Shown here: positions 12,696-21,997 of the stretch, one piece after another
Layout of the letters: each line of letters opens with the position of its first letter
How positions within the stretch are numbered: position 1 is the stretch's first letter
NCBI GenBank assembly: GCA_013239625.1
Contig: MU053304.1
Location: forward strand, 3,100,001 to 3,128,569
Source: Lama guanicoe
Taxonomy: Eukaryota
DNA: 28,569 nt
Reading direction: 5' to 3'
Translations under genes and position numbers: made by a program
The notes under the pieces: model-generated
Database searches by the model: none
Seen by the model: the letters and a program-made list of their open reading frames with translations, nothing else
What the model was told of the DNA's origin: nothing

Positions 12696-13204
12696 CATGT
12701 ACTCATCTAACAGCATTTATTAGCAAACTATAGTATGTGCCAAGCCCTGTGACCAACAACGTATGTTCAGGATCTGCAATCTGAATCCAATGCTATTCTT
12801 AGCAATCAAGGCAAAAGATCACGATTAGGTAAGCAGACCAAAACAGCAATTTTTCTCAAGCCTGGACACTTTTAGGTTAGCCAGTATAGCAAATCAGGCA
12901 GGTCTGCTTCTTCTCAAAATACTCATGCCACTGGAATAGAATAAATCATGATGAATAGGATCAGAGTGATTTATGAGAGAATTTAATGTGGAATTTATTG
13001 GACCACTCGTTTAAGTTATCGACTCCCTTCACTTCTACATCTTACAGAGTGAAACAAACAACCTCAAAGGACATGCTCAGCTCCTCACCTAATTGTTGTC
13101 CATATCGAATAGAGATTTTTGAATAGACTACCATACACAGTGCTCCAAATCCCTCAGAAAAGAATAGAGGTCACTATATGCCATCACTGTTCCATCACTC
13201 TGCC

Positions 13205-13573
13205 AGTCAGAAGATTGGGCTGCCATTGCGTAATACCACAGACTGTGTGGCTCACACATCAGAAATGGACTTCCTCACCGTTCTGGTGGCTGGAAGTCTG
13301 AGATCAGGGTGCCAACGTGGCTGAGTTCTGGTGACGACTCTCGTCCTGGTTTGTAGATGGCCACTTTCTCACTGTGTCTTCACATGGCAGAGAGAGAGCT
13401 CTGCTGTCACTTCCTCTTCCTCTTCCTCTTCCTGAAAGGAAACTGACCTCATCCATCATGAAGCCCACACCTTCAGGACCTCATCTAAACACGGTTAACT
13501 CCCAAAGGCCCCATCACATTGGGGGTTAGGACTTCAACACATGAGTTTGGGGGAGACAGTTCAGTCCACAGCA
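13205..13573 (-). mobile_element. MLT1A0-like solo LTR
   Basis: ggctggaagtctgagatcagggtgcca...cttcacatggcagagagagag...atcacattgggggttaggacttcaaca. Confidence 0.85.
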
Positions 13574-13794
13574 ATCACCACTGTTACCTTGCTTATCTTG
13601 TAACTGCAGACGTTGCTCTCACTTAATGGGTTTTGTATTTGCCCACAGATACACTTGCTGTTCCCACTCTGCCATTGTTCCTGGTCCTGATTGCTTGTCC
13701 TAGGATTACGGGCATAGCTTTAGTCCTCCCCATGAACCAATTAACTCTGCAAGTTGCTGCACAAGTGTCCCAGCTCAAAAACCTTCACTGGCAT

Positions 13795-13980
13795 TGCTGC
13801 ACATCAGAGCTCCAGCAGCGGCAGCTGTGTGCTTTAAGCAACTTATTTAACCTCTCTGTGTAGTTTTCCTATCTGTGCAATGGGCATAATAATAATGCCT
13901 CTATTAAAAGATGTGCATTCTTAGAAGAATGCCTGACTTTTAAGGGCAACATGAATGTTAGCTGTTGCTATCATTATAAG
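13795..13980 (+). mobile_element. MIR SINE
   Basis: gctgtgtgctttaagcaacttatttaacctctctgtg...ttcctatctgt. Confidence 0.65.
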
Positions 13981-14462
13981 TGCTTGATCTAGTCTTTTTT
14001 TTAGTGCTTACTTCTAATTATTTACATTGGTATAATCTGCACTTAGGTCCAACTCACAGTTTACTAGTTCCCATATGTGTCCTGAACTTTCCTATCCCTC
14101 ATTTTTCCGCCCTACTTCTTAGAATATCTGCCTTCAACCATCTCCACTAGTCAAAACCTTACTAATTTTTCAACACACCTCTCAAACTGTCATCTCTTTC
14201 TTAAAGCTCCTCCAAGCTGTACACCCATTTCCCATCCACCTGTGTGGACTCCCTCCTGCCCTGACACATCACATCTCCACCTTTTGGCTTCTTTATAATT
14301 ATTTTGTTTGTGTTCATGGTTATTTGTGTCTAACTAGATCATACATCACAGTAGGGCATAATTATTTCTGTATCTTTGTCAGTTCCAGCCCATGGAGAAC
14401 CATAATTAATGCTAGTTTAATAAAAAAAAAACTAAGAATAAAACAAGCGAAACTGTTCAGAA

Positions 14463-14481
14463 TTTATTTTTGCATTTTATT
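14463..14481 (-). terminator. Tandem polyadenylation signals of gene 1
   Basis: AATAAA on the minus strand at 14476-14481 and 14463-14468, followed by a U-rich downstream tract (14421-14455); implied 3'UTR ~0.4 kb. Confidence 0.7.
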
Positions 14482-14852
14482 AAGAAATTTTTAGAACACC
14501 ACATAGAAATATCTCTACGGCCATGGACAGGACAGATCATTTATAGGAAAGACAAGAAGACAATGCATAGACAGAAAAGAAATTAAGGAAAAAGTGAAAA
14601 TCATTACCTCATTTTTCTGAGCTCAATAGTCAGGATGTTTGCCATCTTCTTTTCTTCATGGATGACGTTGAATAAAATAGCCATCGATGTACCTTAGAAA
14701 TGGAAATAGTCACTTAAATTCACAGCATGAGAACCAAAGAGGGAAGTGCAATGAAGCCCAGGTGACAGGGAGACAGCAGGGAAGACACAGAGGGATGGAG
14801 GGAAACGTCAGCGTTGGGAGCAGATTTCCCAGTAGAACCTGCAGACCGCCCC

Positions 14853-15179
14853 CTAGTGGCAGCACTGCCTCTTGCAGCACCTCTGCTGACAGCAGCCCTT
14901 CCCGCAGCCGCAGCCGCAGTCACACGAGTGGCGGCGGCAGGTGCGGCGGTAGCAGCAGACCACGGGGGTGTTGCAGCAGCAGCCGCAGCAGCCCCCACAG
15001 CAGCCGCAGCAGGAGCCGCCCCGGGAGCACCTGTACGAGGTGCAGCTGTCACAGCCGCCACAGCCACCGCCGCAGCCACCGCAGCCGCAGCCACCACCGC
15101 AGCCACCACAACCGCAGCCACCACCGCAGCCACCACAACCGCAGCCACCACCGCAGCCACCACAACCACAGCAGCCCAT
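14853..15179 (-). CDS. SCYGR: Small cysteine- and glycine-repeat-containing protein (SCYGR/KRTAP28-like keratin-associated protein), gene 1, 108 aa, intronless
   Basis: ORF MGCCGCGGCGGGC...NTPVVCCYRRTC...CGCGKGCCQQRCCKRQCCH; 39 Cys and 37 Gly of 108 aa. The MGCCGC start, TPVxCCxRRTC core and CGKGCCQQ tail match the SCYGR family as I recall it. Kozak cACCATGG, TATA-like box upstream, AATAAA pair downstream. Paralog number cannot be assigned. Confidence 0.9.
   Translation of the reverse strand: MGCCGCGGCGGGCGCGGCGGGCGCGGCGGGCGCGGCGGGCGGCDSCTSYRCSRGGSCCGCCGGCCGCCCNTPVVCCYRRTCRRHSCDCGCGCGKGCCQQRCCKRQCCH
15060..15167 (-). repeat. Coding 27-bp minisatellite, 4 units, encoding GCGGCGGGC
   Basis: Units 15141-15167, 15114-15140 and 15087-15113 are identical; unit 15060-15086 differs at 4 positions. 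Confidence 0.9.
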
Positions 15180-15265
15180 GGTGTCAGTAGAGAGGACTCA
15201 GGAGAGGGGAGGACGGAGACTCAGGAGGTGAGGAGGGTCTGATGCCGCCTTCTGCCCCAGGGGCC

Positions 15266-15273
15266 CTTAAATA
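15266..15273 (-). promoter_or_regulatory. TATA-like box (TATTTAAG) of gene 1; predicted TSS ~15243
   Basis: Lies 30 nt upstream of the GCATCAGAC initiator-like motif shared by all three copies. Confidence 0.75.
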
Positions 15274-15638
15274 CTGTCCCTCCTCTGCTGTAGCCCAATT
15301 GCCACGGAAGGATCTCACAGGACCTTCTATTTACTTCCTTCTTGAGAACCTTGAAATAACTTCCTATTTTTAGCAGAGCATCCTCCTTTGGGAACCTGGA
15401 GTTCTCTATTATGAATGATATACTTGTGTGTCATATCTTTAGTCCAGAACTAGGAAAGTGAAGGCTGAAGTGTAGGGAAGAGAAGGTCTCAGGGGCTCAG
15501 GATGTTGCCTGTATCTCAGACATGACCATGGTAGACGTTTCCTGGGTCTCTGGGCACTCAGCAGGGTTTCTGCATGGTGCTGGGCACCTGGAACGGAGAG
15601 CAGGGAGAGACCGGACAGCCTCGGGGTCAGGGAGAAAT

Positions 15639-15648
15639 AGATCAAAGG
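15639..15648 (+). promoter_or_regulatory. Candidate TCF/LEF1 binding site AGATCAAAGG
   Basis: Exact match to the optimal TCF/LEF consensus, between the divergent TSSs and ~400 bp upstream of gene 1. Confidence 0.5.
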
Positions 15649-16524
15649 AGGACATTTTCAGGCTTTCTTCTCTGGCTTTCAAAAGCCTAACTTATCAAGG
15701 AGATGCCAGTTGTCAACCAGGGACACCAAAGCCTTGGGAGCAGCACAGAGCCAGCAAAGCTGGGGCTTCTCCCCTCCAGAAGCTGCAGAGGGTGTCCCCA
15801 GGGGGACTGTGGGGTGGTCCCTCCTTGGGAGCTGTCTGGAGCTCCTGGCCTAGCCTGGCAGGCCTAAATTCTCAAGACAGTCAAGCAAGAACATATCCCT
15901 GTGGACCACTATTCACACCTGCGGGCTACCCGGGGCACAAAGAGGCATAATGACAGGTAGAGTCAGCCAAATGGAGACCAATCATTTCAAATAAACATTC
16001 CCCCTTAGCCATGGTCAGCCTGAAACATTAGTCTTGCCCATGGAGGCACGAGAGAAGGCCAGCCACCAGATGAAGTCTGTCTTGTTTTTGTTTACCAGTT
16101 ATTTAACAGACAAACAACAAACAGGAACTTCACTCTTGGCCGATAATTTAGGGGAAGTTACACAAAATTATATTTTTATCATTTGACATCACACAAATGT
16201 ATTCTATTTTTGTCCATGTTAATGATGAAGAAATTCTTCTTGTGAACAAAGTATTTCGGGGAGCCAGGGAAAGCAGAACTGAATTTAAAGGAGAGATGAA
16301 AAGCACATGTGGGGATGTCTGCTCTTTCCATTTGGGTTCCTGCTCTTTATTTATTCTTCCAAAAAGTTTCTATAACTTGGCGTGAATAATGAATACCAGT
16401 AGAGAGAAAAACAACCTTTTTTCTACCTAGCGATGCCTAAGAAGTGGACGTAGAAACAGGACTTTTACCTGGCTCTAGGTTTAGACTTTCATGGTTACAA
16501 GTAACTGAAGATTATTCTTAAATG

Positions 16525-16635
16525 TTGTAGGCATTTATTTAAACCAACAGCTGGCTAGTGAGCACTTACATCAGGCCAGGCACTATTCTAGACCCCGGGG
16601 CAAAACAGACATACACACTTACATTCTCATGGACA
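16525..16635 (-). mobile_element. L2 3' end fragment between the divergent genes
   Basis: tgagcacttacatcaggccaggcactattctag...attctcatgga. Confidence 0.5.
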
Positions 16636-16805
16636 CAAAGCTCTCAGAAGTGTGTTCTAACGCAAATATAGGTTTAAGAGACAGGATTTAGCACTATCAG
16701 CTGGCCAACAAGGAAGGACGTAAGAGGCCTCGTGAGATCGTTTATGGGAAGCGGGATAAACAACAAGGCACAGGCTGGGTCTCCAGGCTCAGCTCCTGAA
16801 GATGG

Positions 16806-16813
16806 TATATAAG
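16806..16813 (+). promoter_or_regulatory. TATA box (TATATAAG) of gene 2; predicted TSS ~16837
   Basis: Canonical TATA 31 nt before the A of gcATCAGAC and 95 nt before the ATG. Confidence 0.85.
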
Positions 16814-16900
16814 GGCGCCCCCTGGCAGAGGGCAGCATCAGACGTCCCTCACCTCCTGAGTCTCCGTCCTCCCCTCTCCTGAGTCCTCTCTGCTGACACT

Positions 16901-17194
16901 ATGGGCTGCTGTGGTTGTGGTGGCTGCGGTGGTGGCTGCGGCTGCGGTGGCTGCGGTGGTGGCTGTGGTGGCTGTGGTGGCTGTGACAGCTGCACCTCGT
17001 ACAGGTGCTCCCGGGGCGGCTCCTGCTGCGGCTGCTGTGGGGGCTGCTGCGGCTGCTGCTGCAACACCCCCGTGGTCTGCTGCTACCGCCGCACCTGCCG
17101 CCGCTACTCGTGTGACTGCGGCTGCGGGAAGGGCTACTGTCAGCAGAAGTGCTGCTGTCAGCAGAGGTGCTGCAAGAGGCAGTGCTGCCACTAG
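16901..17194 (+). CDS. SCYGR: SCYGR/KRTAP28-like keratin-associated protein, gene 2, 97 aa, intronless
   Basis: ORF MGCCGCGGCGGGCGCGG...NTPVVCCYRRTCRRYSCDCGCGKGYCQQKCCCQQRCCKRQCCH; 35 Cys and 26 Gly of 97 aa. Context ACTATGG, TATATAA at 16806, AATAAA at 17621. Confidence 0.9.
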   Translation: MGCCGCGGCGGGCGCGGCGGGCGGCGGCDSCTSYRCSRGGSCCGCCGGCCGCCCNTPVVCCYRRTCRRYSCDCGCGKGYCQQKCCCQQRCCKRQCCH

Positions 17195-17620
17195 GTCGCT
17201 GGCCTGGCCCCGTCCTGCCCAGGAGCCAGGAGGCCACACTCTCTTCTGCTGGTAAGACTGCTTTGCCCCCTTCCATCCGCTCCTTTCCCCTAACCCTCCT
17301 GTCACCGGCTTTTCCTCTCGGGCCTCCTGGGTCTTGTGCTTTGTCCTTCGGAGATCTTCCTTTGCCCACCCTCAGTGCAGATTCACCCAAACCACGCAAC
17401 ACCGTGTGCAACAAATACGCAACAAGGGACTGATGCTAAAAGATCACGGGGCAAAGCCAGGGCGCACGAGAGCCCTAATTTATGAATTAATCCTAGTTCA
17501 TATGCTGTTTGGCTTACTCTTTTATAAAGATTCAGGCCTGGATTTTGGTCGTTTTGGAGTTTTCTGCCTGTGCACAGTCTTTCCTACTGCTCTGTCTACA
17601 TTTGCTACTTCCCATTGCTC

Positions 17621-17626
17621 AATAAA
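17621..17626 (+). terminator. Polyadenylation signal of gene 2
   Basis: AATAAA followed by GU-rich TGCGTGTTTTGTC...TTTGTT at 17661-17685; implied 3'UTR ~0.45 kb. Confidence 0.75.
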
Positions 17627-18394
17627 ATGACTTAATCCACAATCACATCTCTTCATTAGCTGCGTGTTTTGTCAGTTCCTTTGTTAGTAGGGCGACCTCA
17701 GCACTGCGAATCCAGTTCTGGCCCTCCCCTCCCCCATCCCCCTGCAGCCGACCCCAGGGTGGGACCCTCTTCCAGAGCCCTTTATCCAAGGGGTGCACAG
17801 CCCCCTTTGCTGCTGCCCTGGGGGGTCTCCGTACTCACTCTCCCAAGGATTTTCCGGGGGAGGGATTGGTGATGGTGGTGGGTCTTTGTTTCTTTTGTAA
17901 AACCTAAGAACTGAAAAATGGGCCCTACAGGAAAGCAGAACGCCCGCAGCCCCTGTCCTGTGGTGCCCGGTGGTTTCCAAGGAGACCGGGAAGCGCCGGC
18001 CAGGGCGGCGAGCCTGAGCGCCGTGGATGATTCTGCGAGGCTCTCGTTGTCGCTGGAGTCCGTGGCCTTGCCTCCCACGGCTGTGTATTTTCTCTCTGCT
18101 TCTGTCAATTTTGTGCAATAAACCCACTGAGCAGACCTTGGGGAGGGGAGACCTACGCTGCCCAGCTGCTGATGGGGGCTTTGTTCAATTCGGCAGGCAG
18201 GAATGGGAGCTCCACTGTGCTGTCCGGGCCAAGCCCTAGTTTCCAGCCCAGCCCCCAGCAGGCAGCAGGGGCTCCTCTCCTTTGCCCACTGCTCCGCTCC
18301 CCAGTCCATTCAGAAAAGAAGGGGTGAGTGGTGAGCTCGCCTGGACCCCTCCTTCCACACATGGCTACTTCGGTGCCAGCTCTTCCAGGGGAGC

Positions 18395-18495
18395 TGTATT
18401 AGACCCACTTCACAGGTGAAGAGACTGAGGAGAGGGCAGTTAAGAAACTCACCCGAAGAAATCCAACTGGTAAATCCTGATTTAATCCCAGGTTG
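18395..18495 (-). mobile_element. MIR fragment
   Basis: cccacttcacaggtgaagagactgagg...gttaagaaactcaccc. Confidence 0.6.
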
Positions 18496-19119
18496 ACACC
18501 AAACCTGACATTCCTTTTCCAACACCATATTGATTCTAGAAGTCTGGACTCGTTTCCTCGTTCATTTCCTCTTTTCCCTTTTTATAATCTCCCTAAGTTC
18601 ATGCACACAAGGCTGTTATCTGGTTGTTCCTCACAAGGCCAGGTGGTCCTTGAAGCCTGTTTCCTGGAGGAGAGCCTCACTGCAGCTGGTTCCTCCTCAG
18701 CCTTCCTCAGGGAGACTGCTGGGCTGGGCAAGGGCATGCTCTCTGGTTACCTACCCTGGTGATGGCTACTTTATCACCTCCTACTGATGGGATGCAGTTG
18801 TCTCCTGATGCTTGACGTTGGAAGGACAATGAGTCTCTTAACTGTCTCCAGAAGTGGTCTTCGTTCTGGGTTCCATACTGCATGTGGAGGAGGTGTCCCG
18901 GCACCATCTCTACCTAGGAGATCTGAGTCTTGGGCTGGTAGAATTTGGTTATTTTTAAAGTCTATTTGCTTAGGCTGCTTTTAGAGGTGGCATGGTTTCA
19001 GCTTGAATCCCATCTCCCTACTAATGTCCCACACCTCTACCCCAGGGCGTTCTCTCTCTGTGCTCTTAACTGTTTCTTTAGAATCAGATAACATACCTGC
19101 ATTTTACTATTGTTATGTG

Positions 19120-19205
19120 TGCATTTATATATATATAAAATCTTTATATATAAACATATAATCTATCTATAAACAGATAGGTAGATAGTTAGATAGATAG
19201 ATCGA
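19120..19205. repeat. (TA)n/(GATA)n compound microsatellite
   Basis: Directly visible. Confidence 0.8.
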
Positions 19206-19259
19206 TCTCCTGTTCTGGTCCACTGATGTACCTGTCTGTTCAGACTCTAGAATGAACCT

Positions 19260-19935
19260 CATCTCACTGAGCCCTGTACTGTGCCGGGCACTGTGGATGG
19301 AAGATGGTAAGTGATAGCTCCTGGCTCTGTGGTGCTCACAGTCTGATGGGCGAGGCACACAAGTGAATGATCAGTACTATACAAGGTGAGAGTGTTATGG
19401 CTGAGAGCAGCCCGGGTTTTAGGGAGATGTAAGAAGGTACCTAACTCAGGCTTTGGGTGGGGAGAGAAGGTCATAGAAATCTCCTGGAGATAGTGATACT
19501 TGGACCAAGTCACAAGGATGAAGGGAACCTCTGGGATGAAGGTTTGTCAGGAGACCTGGCCGAGGGGATCTCTTTCAGGCAGAGGCAACTGTGTGTGCAA
19601 AGAGCAGAGGTGAGAGGCAGTGTGACCAGTGGGGAACAGCGGGGTTCAGAGTGACTGGAGAGTTGAGTGTGAGCGTGTAACCTGTGTGAGATGAGGCTGG
19701 AGAGGTGAGCAAAGTCCTGACTGGGAAGGACCTCGTTCTAGTGTTTGGACGATATACTCCACACTATGATGGATTCTTTGAAGGACTTGATGGGGAAGGT
19801 GCTGCCATACTTTGTAGAAAATGTCAGTCTGGCAGCACATGGAGAATGGACTGGAGGGAGGTGAGTCTAAAGGCAGAAAAACAGACAAGAAGCTGCTATC
19901 GTGATCTGGGCTTGAAGTACGGTGCAATGAAGAGG
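19260..19935 (-). mobile_element. L2 LINE 3' part
   Basis: ctgagccctgtactgtgccgggcactgtg...caggcagaggcaac...tgcaaagagcagaggtgaga...tggagaatggactggaggg. Confidence 0.7.
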
Positions 19936-20174
19936 TGTGAGGAGCGTTTGAACGCAGAGTGGGAACTAATCACAAAGCAAGTGGTCTCGAGCAGAACTCA
20001 GGAATGTCGCGACCAGCTTAGACCCGTGGGTGGCTATTAGACCAAGGGTGATCTTACCTGGACACGTGGGGAACAGGGCGAATGGGTCACTGGGTCACCC
20101 ACCGAGACGCTGATGATGAGCGCAGTGGCTGGCGTTGCCAGCGAGCAGCCTCCCGTTTGGTCCTCAGCAGTCTG

Positions 20175-20305
20175 GGAGGAGGTGCTAATATCATCACCCC
20201 ACTGTTTACTTTAGGAGATCAAGGCTGTGAGAGGAAGACTCCTGGGCATCACACGGTGGCAGCAGGATTCAAATCCACTCTGCTGGACCCCAAACCTCAC
20301 TTTCT
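20175..20305 (-). mobile_element. MIR fragment
   Basis: aggtgctaatatcatcacccc...gtggcagcaggattcaaatcc. Confidence 0.55.
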
Positions 20306-20571
20306 TCACTCCCAGACTTGCAGGCTGTAGAGGATGGGTGGGGCTGGGAGGGAGACTTGCCTCTGTGGCCTTTCAGAACGTGATACGTATTCATGGTGGA
20401 GGCCTCCCCAAAATATTTCTTGGTTATAATACAGTTATAGTTGAAAATCTGCCCTGTGGGAAATGGGACTTAAATTCTTTGGATTCTGGTTTAACTGCAT
20501 ATATCTTCCCTCCTGCCATAGCCTTTAACAGGGTGGAGGTAGGGCCATGCTTATATCTGTAGAATCATGGT

Positions 20572-21110
20572 TTGTTTTATTTATTTATTCACTTATTTAT
20601 GTTTAATTTTTAATTGAAGCATAGTTGCTGTACAATATTATATTTGTTACAGGTGTACAACATAGTGATTCCCAATTTTTAAAAGTTATCCCTCCATTTA
20701 TAGTTATTGTAAAATATTGATCTATATTCCCCATGTTGTACAATATATCTTTGTAGGTTATTTTATTCACAATAGTTTGTACCTCTTAATCCCCTACCCC
20801 TGTCCGGTCCCTCTCCTTGTCTCTCCCCAGTAGTAGCCACTAGTTTGTTCTCTGTGAGTCTGCTTCTTTTTTGTTATATTCACTAGTTTGTAGTATTTTT
20901 TAGATTCCACGTATAAGTGATATCATACAATACTTATCTTCCTCTGTCTGACTTATCAGGAAGCAACCTAAGAGTCCATCAACAGATGAATGGATAAAGA
21001 AGATGTGGTATAAATATACAATGGAATACTGCTCAGGCATAAAAAAAGAATCAAATTTGCCATTCACAGCAACGTGGATGGACTTGGAGGACATTATGCT
21101 AAGAGAAATA
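20572..21110 (-). mobile_element. 5'-inverted (twin-primed) L1 insertion
   Basis: 20572-20956 is an L1 3' end on the minus strand; 20957-21110 is the adjacent upstream ORF2 segment on the plus strand; TSD-like aatcatggt (20563-20571) and aaccatggt (21111-21119). Confidence 0.85.
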
Positions 21111-21174
21111 AACCATGGTACTATTGAAATATCCAGTCGGTCCTAAACTGTGTCAAGTTCTTGTAAGTGAGAAG

Positions 21175-21401
21175 CAGAGCTGGGACTAGGGAAGGCTGAA
21201 TCAGGCAAGAGCAGGGTCCACTTCTACCTTTCTGTAAAATTCTGATATCTTGTTCATCATAAATTGTTTTCGCACTGATTTTGATTTTTTTAAAAAAATT
21301 ACATTAAACTTATTTACCTTGATGACTTGAAGGTTTTGGTGCCACCTTAAATTTTGCTCCCTAGGCAAGTGCCTCCTTTACCTCACCCCATTCCTGCCTC
21401 T
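21175..21401. mobile_element. MER96B-like hAT element
   Basis: Imperfect terminal inverted repeats (cagagctgggactaggg / cctcaccccattcctgcctctg) and internal ttttggtgccaccttaaattttgc. Confidence 0.55.
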
Positions 21402-21784
21402 GGAAAGAAGTATTACATGGATCCAAATATTCCCCACCCATCCCACCATTGTTATTTCTATGCAGGTTTAAACAGATTTTCTACATGGAATATTATTCAT
21501 TTGTTGGAAAAAATGACTAGTTCAAATTGGTTACGCTCAGACCATGACCAGGCATGGGTCTAAGGACTGGTGAATAAATAGGAAATTCACCCTCACATTG
21601 GCTGTAAGAACAAACAGATTCTAATGGCAAACGCTCAGAGCAGCGTGTGGCTTGTTAGACGTGGGCAGAGAAGGAAACCGACAAACTTGCGTTGTGTTAC
21701 AGCTCATCACATTGTATCAGGTCAAAAGAAATGTGCTTGTACTCAAAAATCCCTTTCTGACTAATCATTCTGCACCATCCGGAC

Positions 21785-21997
21785 CAGTGTTTGGCCCGTA
21801 TTTCTGTAAAGGACCAGATGGTAAATGTTTTCGACTTCACATCCCACGTGATCGCCATAGCAGCTACTCAGCTCAGCCATTGTAACTTGAGATGACCAGA
21901 GACCACACTTAAATGTATGAGTGGCTTTGTTCCAATAAAACCTTATTTATGAAAACAGGTGGCAGGCCGAAAGCGGGCCTTAGTTTGCTGACCCCTG
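21785..21997 (+). mobile_element. MER58A hAT-Charlie element
   Basis: ttctgtaaaggaccagatggtaaatgtttt...gttccaataaaaccttattta...tagtttgctgacccctg. Confidence 0.85.

Noticed and set aside
15060..15167. CRISPR-like array
   Set aside because: Contiguous coding repeats with no spacers, in mammalian DNA.
14853..15179. Metallothionein, KRTAP5 or LCE assignment
   Set aside because: No MDP start or Lys/Ser-rich MT spacing and no introns; lacks KRTAP5 Ser-rich CCKPVCC repeats and the LCE MSCQQ start. TPVVCCxRRTC fits SCYGR.
14687..15242. Long overlapping ORFs (167 aa Ser/His/Arg-rich, 149 and 142 aa Ala-rich, 87 aa Pro/Gln-rich)
   Set aside because: Alternative-frame and antisense shadows of stop-poor GGC/TGC codon repeats. 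TATA, Kozak, polyA and family motifs all support only the Cys/Gly frame.
16838..17414. Antisense and alternative-frame ORFs over gene 2 (155, 171, 114, 72 aa)
   Set aside because: Same shadow effect; they start or end in unrelated flanks.
17684..18309. Minus-strand ORFs of 147 and 175 aa
   Set aside because: No recognisable domain; length is explained by high GC content.
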